IMG/VR virus record: IMGVR_UViG_3300022858_000345
Location: 1 to 64,000 of that record
Length of the DNA: 64,000 bases
Strand: one strand, 5' to 3'
DNA from: a virus
Part shown: one piece after another, positions 9,556-19,406 of the stretch
Numbering within the stretch: the first letter of the stretch is position 1
How the letters are laid out: every line of letters begins with the position of its first letter
Position numbers and translations under genes: made by a program
The notes under the pieces: model-generated
Seen by the model: the letters and a program-made list of their open reading frames with translations, nothing else
Told to the model about the DNA's origin: nothing
Databases searched by the model: none

Positions 9556-10213
9556 AGAATGCCAAAAAGGTTATATCAAAGTATATAATCCTAATGGCTT
9601 TGGTTTCAAGAATAGAATCTGTAGTTGTTTAGTTGAATATGAAAGTTTTAGACATACTAAAAAATTACTAGAAGAGTCTAATATGCCAGAGCGACCAAAA
9701 AAATTTTTTAGGTTGGAAAATTGGGAACAAAATGATTTAGTTAATTTTGACCTTTTAAAATCTATTGTAGAAAGCAAGGAAGGAGAAGAGAATTGGTTAT
9801 TTTTACACGGCGATGCAGGTACAGGGAAAACTTTTGCTAGTATAATTCTAGCTCAGATAGCTTTATTAAAAGAAATGAGCGTTTATTTTGTAAATGTCAC
9901 AAACTTGTTAGACAGTCTTAGACCTAATACTCAGGATGGAGTAGAACCTCAATCGGTTATGGACAAGTGTGCCTCCTCAGACGTGCTTATACTAGACGAC
10001 ATAGGACATGAAAAAAGTTCCCAATGGGTTAGAGAGAGATTATATAGAATTATTAATGATAGATGGAATGCAGCAAAAATCACAGTATTTACAAGTAACT
10101 TTAATATAGAGCATTTAAGAGATACTATCAGCCCAGCAGTTTATTCAAGAGTAAAAGGTGAGAGTTTAGAAATAGAAATGAAATCTAAAATTGATAAACG
10201 TATAAAATTATGA
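9425..10213 (+). CDS. DnaC/IstB-like helicase-loader ATPase
   Basis: GDAGTGKT, LILDDIG.E, IINDRWN..K.TVFTSN, SRV; start uncertain. Confidence 0.85.
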   Translation: MGTIVTNIRRRMKNYGKSRKITKSVIKSGWKDVVENKIQKPGCKECQKGYIKVYNPNGFGFKNRICSCLVEYESFRHTKKLLEESNMPERPKKFFRLENWEQNDLVNFDLLKSIVESKEGEENWLFLHGDAGTGKTFASIILAQIALLKEMSVYFVNVTNLLDSLRPNTQDGVEPQSVMDKCASSDVLILDDIGHEKSSQWVRERLYRIINDRWNAAKITVFTSNFNIEHLRDTISPAVYSRVKGESLEIEMKSKIDKRIKL

Positions 10214-10452
10214 CTAAGACAATAACAAAACAAGATTTAGAAGATAATTCTCCTGTAACTAAAAAAATATTCAAAGAAGAAATGGAAGATTTGAAGAATA
10301 GTATTATAAAAAGTAATAATATAGATGAAAAAACTATTCAGCTAAAAACTACCTATAATAGAGATACTAGGCTAACTACTGTAGTTGCTTTATCTAATAA
10401 AGGAAATATTTATAATGGCTATATACAAGATCAATATTCTACTATTTGCTAG
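10210..10452 (+). CDS. hypothetical protein
   Basis: ORF overlapping the upstream stop codon. Confidence 0.5.
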   Translation: MTKTITKQDLEDNSPVTKKIFKEEMEDLKNSIIKSNNIDEKTIQLKTTYNRDTRLTTVVALSNKGNIYNGYIQDQYSTIC

Positions 10453-10492
10453 AATGGAATGATACCACCAATAATTTATTAACCATAAAACT

Positions 10493-10798
10493 ATGGAACA
10501 AACAAAGAAACAAAAGATGGTAGCAATGATTGAAAAATTGCGTCTATCTTTAAAAAATCACCCGAAAGAATGGGTATGTACAGAATGTGTTTTAAAGCAT
10601 AAAGGAAGCGGCGTAGAGCTATGGATGTGTAATGGGAGGTTATATTTTAGGATTTATAAGCCAAGTAAAGTAGATTTACCTTTTTTTAAGGCGCGTAAAT
10701 TGTATAAAGATGCTTGCAAATTTTGGACTAAAAACACAATGGATTATAATGAGAAACAATTAGACAAAAGTTTTAAAATTATAAAAAACTTAAAATAA
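10493..10798 (+). CDS. hypothetical protein
   Basis: ORF with AACCATAAAA leader. Confidence 0.6.
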   Translation: MEQTKKQKMVAMIEKLRLSLKNHPKEWVCTECVLKHKGSGVELWMCNGRLYFRIYKPSKVDLPFFKARKLYKDACKFWTKNTMDYNEKQLDKSFKIIKNLK

Positions 10799-10799
10799 T

Positions 10800-12635
10800 A
10801 TGTATAAATACCTCATACAATATTTCAAAGATAAGAGTATAGAATTTAAAACTTCTGGAGAGCAGTTTGTATTAAAAACATGTCCTAGTTGTGGAGATTC
10901 TGCTTTTCACCATTTTTATATGGCTCAAGATACTGGGTTATGGGATTGTAAAAAATGTCTAGCAAAAGGAAATTTTAATCAATACAGAAAGTTCTTTGGG
11001 GATTCAGAAATAGATTTATCTAAGTTTGAAAATACAAAAAAAGTATCTAAAAAAGAATATAGAACTTTGAATTATAGTGTACCTATACAATATGCTTCTA
11101 GGTTATGGGGGATAGATGAAAAGTATAAAGACTATTTGCAAAAAGAAAGGAAGTTATCAGAAAAAGTTTTAAAGGAGTTTCAGATAGGTTGCACAGGCAG
11201 GAGTATTTCGATCCCGATTTTTGAAAATAGTAAATTAGTAAATATCAGATATAGACGAAATCCCTTTATAGATAAGAATAAAGAAGCAGGGCCTAGATAT
11301 TCGCAAGAAAAAGGATGTAAACCAACTTTATTTAATGGAGACATATTAAAAGAACCTTTGAAAAGAGTTTTCTTATGTGAAGGAGAATTTGATGCGCTGC
11401 AATTAGTACAAAAAGGTTTTAGAAATACCGTTTCAGTAACATTAGGAGCGGGTTATTTTCCAGATGACTGGGTTGATAAGTTTAAAGATGTTCAAACTAT
11501 TTACTTAGTTTATGATGCTGATGAAGCAGGTAAGGAAGGGGCTAAGATGACAGCAAATAAACTAGGAATTGATAGATGTAAAATAATATTATTACCAAAG
11601 AAGGACGGTAGAACAAAGACAGATATTACAAATTACTTTGTTGATGATGGTTTAACAAAGGCTGACTTCAATGAATTAATTAAGAATGTAAAACCTATTA
11701 GAAGTGTTCAGAGTGATAGTGTTAAGCATATTTCAGAGTTTAGAGAAGAGATTAGAAAGAGATTAATAGAGGGGGAGTACATAGGTATAAGTACTGGATA
11801 TGACGGTATAGATGAAAAAATGGGAGGTATGAGAAAAGGAAGATTAATAATTCTTTCAGGATTATCTAGTACAGGTAAAACTAGTATGTGTTTAAATATA
11901 GCTTTAAATGTTGCTAAGAATAAAAACCCAATATTTTATTTTAGTTTAGAGATGCCTCCAATAGATATTGTTAGGAAATTCTTAATGCTAGAATCTAAAC
12001 TAACTAATTCACAATTAAAAAAAGTTGATGATCCTTCTAAGGTTTTAGAAAAAGTAGATGAGGCTTTAGTAGCTTTTGATAGCGAAGCGGAAAGACCAAT
12101 ATATTTATATAATGGTTCTGGTATGGTTAAGTTTAATATATTGGCTGAGTGTGCAAGAATAGTTAAAGAGGAATACGGTTGTCAGTGTATTTTTGTAGAT
12201 CATTTACATTATTTTGCACACGGGTCTTATAATTTAACAGCAGAGACATCACAAGTAGTTAGACAAATTAAACAGTTAGCTATAGAGCTTGATTTACCGA
12301 TAGTATTAGTAACGCATTTGAATAGGTCTGGTAGGCAGAAACAAAAGAAAGGACTCTATGTACCTTCTTTGTCAGATTTAAGAGATACAGGGGCATTAGA
12401 ACAAGATGCAGATCAAGTATTATTTGTTTGTAGAGATAGTGAGAATGAAGAGCCAGAAGAGAGAAAAAAATCTTTTATTAAAGGAGCTAAAAATAGAGAT
12501 GGATATGCAGGGTGGAGTGTTAGTTGTGAATTTGATGAAGAGATTACTACATTTATTGAAGAAGCTCCAGGAGTTGACCATGCGGGAGAAGCAAAGAAAG
12601 TAGAAGTAGAAATGAAAGAGGAAGTAGAATTATAG
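10800..12635 (+). CDS. bifunctional primase-helicase (Zn finger, TOPRIM, DnaB-like)
   Basis: CPSC..CKKC; CEGEFDAL and YDADEAG TOPRIM; GLSSTGKT, FSLEM, VDHLH, LRDTGALEQDAD, KNR. Confidence 0.92.
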   Translation: MYKYLIQYFKDKSIEFKTSGEQFVLKTCPSCGDSAFHHFYMAQDTGLWDCKKCLAKGNFNQYRKFFGDSEIDLSKFENTKKVSKKEYRTLNYSVPIQYASRLWGIDEKYKDYLQKERKLSEKVLKEFQIGCTGRSISIPIFENSKLVNIRYRRNPFIDKNKEAGPRYSQEKGCKPTLFNGDILKEPLKRVFLCEGEFDALQLVQKGFRNTVSVTLGAGYFPDDWVDKFKDVQTIYLVYDADEAGKEGAKMTANKLGIDRCKIILLPKKDGRTKTDITNYFVDDGLTKADFNELIKNVKPIRSVQSDSVKHISEFREEIRKRLIEGEYIGISTGYDGIDEKMGGMRKGRLIILSGLSSTGKTSMCLNIALNVAKNKNPIFYFSLEMPPIDIVRKFLMLESKLTNSQLKKVDDPSKVLEKVDEALVAFDSEAERPIYLYNGSGMVKFNILAECARIVKEEYGCQCIFVDHLHYFAHGSYNLTAETSQVVRQIKQLAIELDLPIVLVTHLNRSGRQKQKKGLYVPSLSDLRDTGALEQDADQVLFVCRDSENEEPEERKKSFIKGAKNRDGYAGWSVSCEFDEEITTFIEEAPGVDHAGEAKKVEVEMKEEVEL

Positions 12636-12661
12636 CAAACAGGAATACCTATATAAAAAAC

Positions 12662-12690
12662 TTGCAAAAGTTGAAAAAGTAATATATACT
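12662..12690 (+). promoter_or_regulatory. phage promoter (conserved-spacer family)
   Basis: TTGCAA-aagttgaaaaagtaata-TATACT. Confidence 0.65.
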
Positions 12691-12713
12691 TAATTAGAAT
12701 TTAATTAAAAAAT

Positions 12714-12923
12714 ATGGCAGATAAAACTATTAAAATAAAAATAACAATACAGTATGGAGAAGATGATTTTTGGGTAGAGGAGATTAATTTACAAGACCCT
12801 AATATACCTTATATGAGAGAAGGGGAATTTATAATATCTCATAAGATTCAAAATATGGGAGACAAAATTATTCCGTTAGCTTTAAAAGAAATAACAAAAA
12901 AATTCCCAAATGCCAATACTTAA
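12714..12923 (+). CDS. hypothetical protein
   Basis: ORF downstream of a promoter. Confidence 0.55.
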   Translation: MADKTIKIKITIQYGEDDFWVEEINLQDPNIPYMREGEFIISHKIQNMGDKIIPLALKEITKKFPNANT

Positions 12924-13230
12924 AGAAGTACATACAGTGCAGACAGTAGTATGCGATAGATGTGGACAAAGAAAAGAGTTAGATAAAGTAAAACCTTATA
13001 AACAATTGATTATATTTAAGTTTACAGAAAAAGACGGATTAAGATTATTTGAAAAAAAGACTAAAATTAAACATTATGAAAGTTTTCAAATTCCTAATAG
13101 GAAAGAAGTTATTTTTTGTTCATTAGATTGTGCAAAGAAATGGATACAACATACAACGGATTTATTTTTAGCAGAAATAAAATCAGATCATCATACTATT
13201 TCAGGATTAAAACGTAAGCAACTTAACTAA
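12910..13230 (+). CDS. hypothetical Zn-binding protein
   Basis: CDRC and FCSLDC motifs. Confidence 0.55.
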   Translation: MPILKEVHTVQTVVCDRCGQRKELDKVKPYKQLIIFKFTEKDGLRLFEKKTKIKHYESFQIPNRKEVIFCSLDCAKKWIQHTTDLFLAEIKSDHHTISGLKRKQLN

Positions 13231-13261
13231 ATATATAACTAAATTTTTAACCAAAAAAATT

Positions 13262-14041
13262 ATGAATGACAGTAGTATTGTCCCTATTGAAAAGGGATTA
13301 GATTCTCAGAGTGAGGAGGAGTTATTATCTGAGTGGCAAAAAAGTAATGTATCTCAGAAATCTAGGTTTAATATTATCTCTCTCGATAATACTAAGCTAT
13401 CAAAAGACGGGCAAAGTACAAATGCAAACTTCGGTAGTTTATCTGCTACAAAGTTTGACGGTGATGATGCTGTATCTGAAATATTACCTGCGGGCTTTTC
13501 GTTCTTTGTAGTTAAAAGCAGAGTTCAAATTGTTTGTAATAGTTATCCTACAGATCAGTCAGTAAAACAGTATCCACAATATATTTGTAAAGAGGTAGAC
13601 CCTTTTGAAGATATTGAAGTAATAGATTATTTAACAAAGGAAATTGTAGCTAGAGGACCTTATAAAAGTTTGAAAGAACAGTATAAACTGAAGTATAAGG
13701 TTGCTCTTTATGTTTATTATAAAGAGAGTATGTATAGGTGGCTAATTGGAGGAAAGAGTACGCTAGGAAGTTGGTTTGGTGTTTCTAATGAGATAAACGA
13801 ACTTCAAAGACCTTATCAGCTTAAATTAAAATCTGTTACTGAGAATCAAAATTCTGGTATATTTTGGAATGATTTAGAATTTGAGTTAGGAGATAAAATG
13901 GATGTTAAACTAGCTGTAGGATTGCAGAGAAGTTTAAATAATGTTAAGCCTATAGAAAGTAAAGAAATTTCTAAACCTGCTTCTGAAGTTCCAACGCAGA
14001 TAGAAGAAATGTCAATTGAGGGGGATGAAGTACCAGTTTAA
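13262..14041 (+). CDS. hypothetical protein, possibly ssDNA-binding
   Basis: in the replication module; acidic C-terminal tail (EEMSIEGDEVPV). Confidence 0.45.
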   Translation: MNDSSIVPIEKGLDSQSEEELLSEWQKSNVSQKSRFNIISLDNTKLSKDGQSTNANFGSLSATKFDGDDAVSEILPAGFSFFVVKSRVQIVCNSYPTDQSVKQYPQYICKEVDPFEDIEVIDYLTKEIVARGPYKSLKEQYKLKYKVALYVYYKESMYRWLIGGKSTLGSWFGVSNEINELQRPYQLKLKSVTENQNSGIFWNDLEFELGDKMDVKLAVGLQRSLNNVKPIESKEISKPASEVPTQIEEMSIEGDEVPV

Positions 14042-14209
14042 CCAAAAAGCATTATGCCTTACAGATTTATAGGAGGGAAGAGAGTTAAAACAAGTTTAGA
14101 AACTATTGATAAAGTTTTAGCTACGCCCTCCTATGTAGGGCAAGCCCCTTTAGTATCAGAAAACTTAGCAGGACCAAAAAAACCTAAAAAGAAACCTAAA
14201 AAATAAATT

Positions 14210-14536
14210 ATGATTAGTTTACTAAAAAAATATAACTCTGCATTACAAGATATATACGCTCATGTTGGGTTTAAAGAAGATTGGGTAGTGTGTCCTATAG
14301 ATGATCTATCTGAATGTTATTGGAGATTGTCAGGAAATCCTGCTATAGATGTTATATATGGGGATAAAAAAGATGTTGAGGAAGAAAACGGAGAGCATTA
14401 TAGTGCTGAAATCTATACACAAAGATTTTATAATAAATGGATATATGAAGGAGAGTTATTTACTATGATTTTCATAGATACTCATACAGATGGTATGAAA
14501 TATTTTGCTGTTTTTGATAACTCAAAAAAATTATGA
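14210..14536 (+). CDS. hypothetical phage protein
   Basis: ORF. Confidence 0.6.
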   Translation: MISLLKKYNSALQDIYAHVGFKEDWVVCPIDDLSECYWRLSGNPAIDVIYGDKKDVEEENGEHYSAEIYTQRFYNKWIYEGELFTMIFIDTHTDGMKYFAVFDNSKKL

Positions 14537-14669
14537 CACTTAAATCAGATAAATTAACAGAAATTATATCACAGTTTGTAGATAAAAATTTTCCTAAAGG
14601 GAAAGAGGATAGAGGGTTTGTGATTCTAGTTCTTGCTTCATTTCTAATAGAATTTGAAAATAATAAAAA

Positions 14670-15053
14670 ATGGAAAATAGTAAAGAAGAAGGTGTTACCA
14701 AAGAAGTAGGTGAATTACTTTTTAGACTACAGCCTAGATGTATAAACTGTGGAAGTACTAATATGATTGCGGCTCATCATAGAATATTTAGGAGTGAAGG
14801 GAATGAAGTATTGAAAGAATGGTTAGAAAAAATGGCAGGAGTATTCCTACATAGCCGAGGGAGAGATTTAATTATTTGGGAGTCAATACACAGCATTCAG
14901 AATTTATGTGTTTTATGTCAGAATTGCCACACAGGAAATATTAAAGCAGTGCATGGAGGAAATGAGAAATTGAGGCAAGTATTAAAAAATAGTTACACAG
15001 ATCCAAAAACTGGGTTTAATATAGCTTATTACAAAAAAACATTACCATATTAA
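14670..15053 (+). CDS. HNH-like Zn-binding nuclease
   Basis: CINC...AHHRIFRS...NLCVLCQNCH. Confidence 0.65.
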   Translation: MENSKEEGVTKEVGELLFRLQPRCINCGSTNMIAAHHRIFRSEGNEVLKEWLEKMAGVFLHSRGRDLIIWESIHSIQNLCVLCQNCHTGNIKAVHGGNEKLRQVLKNSYTDPKTGFNIAYYKKTLPY

Positions 15054-15054
15054 A

Positions 15055-15234
15055 ATGATAGATAGATTCCCAATACCTTCTTACAAGATTAAAAGTGTAG
15101 TTGAGTATCCAAATTCGGATAGAGTAGAATTTATTTTAAAAAATGGTTTTAGAATTATAGCTTCTAAAAAACAGTTTCAAGACTATAAGGCTTTTAAAAA
15201 TAGTGTAGAGATGCACAATAAAAAAAGAACATAA
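15055..15234 (+). CDS. 59-aa hypothetical protein
   Basis: ORF MIDRFPIPSY..., stop overlaps the next ATG (TAATG). Confidence 0.5.
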   Translation: MIDRFPIPSYKIKSVVEYPNSDRVEFILKNGFRIIASKKQFQDYKAFKNSVEMHNKKRT

Positions 15235-15325
15235 TGAATAGAGAAAGAATAACAGTTGCTTTTAATACTAGTATTGCTATTTTTGTTTTTATAATATACA
15301 GTGTTAAAGTAATTTAAGAATAGTT

Positions 15326-16024
15326 ATGACAATGAAAGGAAAAAAACATTCAGATAAAAGTAAGAAAAAAATGTCTATTAGTCATTCAGGGCATGGAACA
15401 AGTGAGGATACTAAGAAGAAGTTAAGCCAAGCTTTAATAAAGGCTTATACAGAAGGTAGAAAGAGTAAACATAAATCTTTAGAGCAAAGGAAAAAAATTA
15501 GTAATACATTAAAGGGTAATATACCTTGGAATAAAGGAAAGAAATTATCTGAGGAACATAAGAAAAAAATAGGTATGGCTAGAGAGGGTAAAAAGTTTCC
15601 AAATTTAAGTAGAGCTATGCTAGGTAGAAAGGTTAGTTTAGCAACTAGAGAAAAAATTGGGTTGGGTAATAAGGGTAAAATAGAATCTATAGAAACTAAG
15701 AAGAAAAAAAGTATTGCTAATACTAAGGAAAAAAATCCAGCTTGGAAAGGAGGTATTTCTCAAGAGAATCTAAAATGTAGGCAAGGATATAAGTATAAAA
15801 CTTGGGTTAGACAAGTATTAAAAAGAGATAATAATTCTTGTAAAGTATGTCAGAGAGCTACTGACATAGTGTGCCATCATTTAGAAGGGTTTGATACTAA
15901 TATAAAACTAAGATTTGAGGTAAGTAATGGAGTGTCTTTATGTAGGGATTGTCACGCAAAGTTTCATAAAAAATATGGATATGGTAATAATACTAAACAA
16001 CAAATAAATGAGTTTATTAAATAA
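15326..16024 (+). CDS. NUMOD3-HNH homing endonuclease
   Basis: NUMOD3 repeats, PWNKGKK, RDNNSCKVC...HH...NGVSLCRDCH; promoter TTGCTA-N17-TACAGT at 15274-15302. Confidence 0.9.
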   Translation: MTMKGKKHSDKSKKKMSISHSGHGTSEDTKKKLSQALIKAYTEGRKSKHKSLEQRKKISNTLKGNIPWNKGKKLSEEHKKKIGMAREGKKFPNLSRAMLGRKVSLATREKIGLGNKGKIESIETKKKKSIANTKEKNPAWKGGISQENLKCRQGYKYKTWVRQVLKRDNNSCKVCQRATDIVCHHLEGFDTNIKLRFEVSNGVSLCRDCHAKFHKKYGYGNNTKQQINEFIK

Positions 16025-16538
16025 AGATAGCATAGTTATTGCTTGCGACCCTAGTTTTTGTAGTACAGGAATTGCTATTTTTAAAGGGGAAGATTTAATT
16101 CATAAATGTACTATAAAAACTAGTACTAAAGATGAGTATAGGTTTGAGATTATAGGAATAGAGTTTAAAAAGCTTTTAGCTTATTTTCCAACTGTATTAG
16201 TAATAGAGTCACAGTATATTAGCCCAAAATTTTCTAATATAAATACATTAAGGGTTGTGGAGGTAAAAGGATTTATGGAAGGGCTTTTTATGTATCATTG
16301 CTTAGAATCAGGAATTAAACCTTTAATGGTAGAAGTAGCTCCAAAGGAAGCTAAGAAATTTATAGGAGTTATTGGTAATAATGACACTAAGAAGCAGGTA
16401 CAGGTTTTAGTAGAGCAGAGATTTCCTGAACTAAAAAAAGTTAATCAAGATGAAGCAGATGCAATTGCTATTGGATTAACAGGTATTGAAAAGCTTAATT
16501 CTCAGCAATTATTACAAAAATATAAAGATAAAATATGA
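16008..16538 (+). CDS. ruvC: RuvC-like Holliday junction resolvase
   Basis: IACDPS..STGIA, LVIE, P.EAKK...G...K.QV, DEADAIAIG. Confidence 0.85.
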   Translation: MSLLNKDSIVIACDPSFCSTGIAIFKGEDLIHKCTIKTSTKDEYRFEIIGIEFKKLLAYFPTVLVIESQYISPKFSNINTLRVVEVKGFMEGLFMYHCLESGIKPLMVEVAPKEAKKFIGVIGNNDTKKQVQVLVEQRFPELKKVNQDEADAIAIGLTGIEKLNSQQLLQKYKDKI

Positions 16539-19351
16539 CCAAATTTATACTAAGAGATTATCAGGAACAATGTTTAGATAAGATTATTTCTAACGCCAGA
16601 AAAGGAGCTTTGAAACAGGTAATAGTTCTTGCTACAGGATTAGGTAAGACTGTTATTTTTGGGCATTTACCAACAAAGGTAAAAGAGAAATCAGGAAAGA
16701 AAACTCTTATTTTAGCTCATAGGGAGGAATTGCTTGACCAAGCCGCAGATAAATTAAGGTTAATTGACTCTGATTTAAAAGTAGATATAGAACAAGGAAG
16801 TAGAAAAGTGGAGGGAGATGTAGACGTTGTTGTAGCTAGTGTTCCGACTTTGGGGAGAGAAGGTAGTGAGAGAATAAAGAAATTTAATCCAGAAGAATTT
16901 GGTTGTATAATTGTAGATGAGTGCTTTGTAGCAGGAACTAAGATAGATGGAAGAAATATAGAAGATATTAAAATAGGGGATTATGTAAATAGTTTTAATG
17001 AGAAAACAAGGAAGGTAGAAAAGAAAAAAGTATTAAGGTTGTTTAAGAATAAGGTGAAAGATAAACTAGTTAAAGTATATTTAGATAATGGTAATCATAT
17101 AGTATGCACACCCAATCATCCATTTTTCTGTGGGGGTAGGTATATTTCTGCTATAAATTTAAAAGAGCATTATGTATTGACAAACATCATGCAATTTGCT
17201 AATTATATAAGAGATGCAAAAAAGATATATAAAACCAAAAAAGTGTATAGTTTGCCAAAAGACTTATCAACCGAAGTCTTGGAATTGTTATATGGTCCCG
17301 ATTTGTTCAGAAGATTGCAAAAAGGTGAGGAGGAAAGAGAGAAGAAAAAAAGTAGTTTTACCTTGTTTAAATTGTGGGAAAAAGGTTGTAGCTTGTGGCA
17401 TAAATCAGTTGTCTTTAGCTCGAAGAGGGAGGGCATATTGTTCAGAGTCATGCAAGAAGACATACTTGAGCAAATTGAGTTCGACTACAATGAGCAAAAC
17501 AAACAAAAAATATGCCTCAGAAAGAATGCGAAAAAACAATCCTATGAAAAATCCAGAGTCAGTGGAGAAGATGAGGAAAAAAATGATTGGAAGAACATTT
17601 CTCAGTCGAGGAGGAAATGGGAAAATGACGAAACAACAAATAAAATTATGGCTCTCTTTAGGTTTACCGATAGAGGCATTAGAGTATCCAATAAAGACCT
17701 CAAAAGTAAAACATTTGTTTATTTCCTTACCAAATTACTATTCTCCAGACATAGGAATAAAAGATGTAAAATTAGCTATAGAGGTAGATGGGAAGACCCA
17801 CAAGTTAAAGAAATGGAGGTTTTTGGACAAGAGAAAGACAGAAGTTCTACAAGCGTTAGGGTGGTCAGTACTGAGGTTTTGGAACGAGGAAGTAGATTCC
17901 CGGCTAGAGGAGTGTGTGAAGACGGTTACGTCTACAATTTTGAAGTTGAGGGAAACAACAACTACTTTGCCAACGGAATCTTAGTACATAATTGCCACCA
18001 CTCAATAGCTAGTACTTATGTTAATATATTTAGATATTTTGGGGTATTAAAAGGGGAAGAACATGGAAGCCCTAAATTGCTTGTAGGGTGTACGGCCACT
18101 CCTAGTAGAGCCGATCATGAAGGATTAGATAAAATATTTGATAGAATTACTTTCACTTATACTTTAAGACAAGGAATTGAGTCTAGTTATTTAGCCCCTA
18201 TCAAAGCGTATACAGTTAGTACCTTAGCGGATTTAACTAAAGTTCATACTAGAATGGGGGATTTTGTAGAAAAAGAATTATCAGAAGCTATTAATACAGA
18301 GGAGAGAAATAAAATAGTGGTTAATAGTTACTTAGACATAGTTTCAGGCGGTAAAGCCCTAGTATTTGCTTCTGATGTACAGCATACAAAAGACTTAACG
18401 TCTTATTTTAGAGGAGTAGGGGTAAAAGCTAGTTGTGTGTTAGGGGAAACAGATAGAGGGGTTAGAAAAGGGATAATAGAAGATTTTGCTAGTGGAAAGA
18501 TAAAAGTATTAATTGGATGTGGTGTTTTTACAGAAGGATTTGATGAGCCTTCTATTGAAGCGGTTATGATGGCTAGACCTACTAAAAGTTCTGTTCTTTA
18601 TCAGCAAATGGTAGGTAGAGGAACTAGGCTATGTGAAGGAAAAGCAGAATTAAAATTAATAGACTTTGTAGACAATACAGGTAAAAATTCAATAATGTCT
18701 TTGCCTCAGTTGTTTGGAGTACCTAAAACATTAAAAGCAAAGAAGGGGAAAGATATTATGGAATGGGTTGGGCAAGCAGAACAAATAACTGATTTATATC
18801 CAGAGTATCCTTTAGATACCATAGACGATTGGAGCGAGGAAAATATCGAAAAAATAGTAAAAGAGATAGATATATTTGCCAAAGCTGAATTACCAGAAGA
18901 AGTAAAAACAAATTCTCAATTTACTTGGGAGAAGCAAGGAGAGGATTCTTATAAATTACAATTCCCAGCTTTAGAAGGAATAAAACAAGAAATTACTATT
19001 AAATCAAATATGTTAAATACATATAATATAGAGGTAGTCAGCTTAATAGAAGTTGCTCCTGATTACATAAATGGATATAAAAAATGGAAAAAAACAGATA
19101 CTATAGATGTAGGATCTTATGGTGATTTATCAGAAGCTTTAAAGCAAGGAGATACTTGGATAAAAGAAAATAAACCAGAGTTTGAAAGAATGTTTGACCA
19201 AAAAAGTCAATGGCGTTCAAATTCTGCGACTGAGAAGCAGATTAGTTTATTAAAAAAATTAGGAGTTCCTATACCTAAAATTGGATTTAATTCTGGCCAA
19301 GCGTCAGTTCTCATAGGGCGTGCTTTGTCTGAAAGTAAAAAAAGAAGTTGA
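16535..19351 (+). CDS. SF2 DEAD/DEAH-box helicase containing an intein
   Basis: LRDYQ, ATGLGKT, DE|CH (split by the intein), TAT, EGFDEP, QMVGRGTR. Confidence 0.92.
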   Translation: MTKFILRDYQEQCLDKIISNARKGALKQVIVLATGLGKTVIFGHLPTKVKEKSGKKTLILAHREELLDQAADKLRLIDSDLKVDIEQGSRKVEGDVDVVVASVPTLGREGSERIKKFNPEEFGCIIVDECFVAGTKIDGRNIEDIKIGDYVNSFNEKTRKVEKKKVLRLFKNKVKDKLVKVYLDNGNHIVCTPNHPFFCGGRYISAINLKEHYVLTNIMQFANYIRDAKKIYKTKKVYSLPKDLSTEVLELLYGPDLFRRLQKGEEEREKKKSSFTLFKLWEKGCSLWHKSVVFSSKREGILFRVMQEDILEQIEFDYNEQNKQKICLRKNAKKQSYEKSRVSGEDEEKNDWKNISQSRRKWENDETTNKIMALFRFTDRGIRVSNKDLKSKTFVYFLTKLLFSRHRNKRCKISYRGRWEDPQVKEMEVFGQEKDRSSTSVRVVSTEVLERGSRFPARGVCEDGYVYNFEVEGNNNYFANGILVHNCHHSIASTYVNIFRYFGVLKGEEHGSPKLLVGCTATPSRADHEGLDKIFDRITFTYTLRQGIESSYLAPIKAYTVSTLADLTKVHTRMGDFVEKELSEAINTEERNKIVVNSYLDIVSGGKALVFASDVQHTKDLTSYFRGVGVKASCVLGETDRGVRKGIIEDFASGKIKVLIGCGVFTEGFDEPSIEAVMMARPTKSSVLYQQMVGRGTRLCEGKAELKLIDFVDNTGKNSIMSLPQLFGVPKTLKAKKGKDIMEWVGQAEQITDLYPEYPLDTIDDWSEENIEKIVKEIDIFAKAELPEEVKTNSQFTWEKQGEDSYKLQFPALEGIKQEITIKSNMLNTYNIEVVSLIEVAPDYINGYKKWKKTDTIDVGSYGDLSEALKQGDTWIKENKPEFERMFDQKSQWRSNSATEKQISLLKKLGVPIPKIGFNSGQASVLIGRALSESKKRS
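16922..17992 (+). mobile_element. intein (357 aa) in helicase motif II
   Basis: block A CFVAGTKI, block B CTPNHPF, blocks F/G VYNFEVEGNNNYFANGILVHN, +1 residue Cys. Confidence 0.95.
17214..17984 (+). CDS. nested +1-frame Zn-finger DUF559/Vsr-like endonuclease inside the helicase intein
   Basis: two CxxC..CSxxC fingers; SPDIG..KLAIEVDGKTH...D..K..VL..LGWSVLRFWN. Confidence 0.88.
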   Translation: MQKRYIKPKKCIVCQKTYQPKSWNCYMVPICSEDCKKVRRKERRKKVVLPCLNCGKKVVACGINQLSLARRGRAYCSESCKKTYLSKLSSTTMSKTNKKYASERMRKNNPMKNPESVEKMRKKMIGRTFLSRGGNGKMTKQQIKLWLSLGLPIEALEYPIKTSKVKHLFISLPNYYSPDIGIKDVKLAIEVDGKTHKLKKWRFLDKRKTEVLQALGWSVLRFWNEEVDSRLEECVKTVTSTILKLRETTTTLPTES

Positions 19352-19406
19352 TTTTTAAATTTAAGGCTATATAATACTAGTATAGATAAACAATTAAATA
19401 GGAGCT

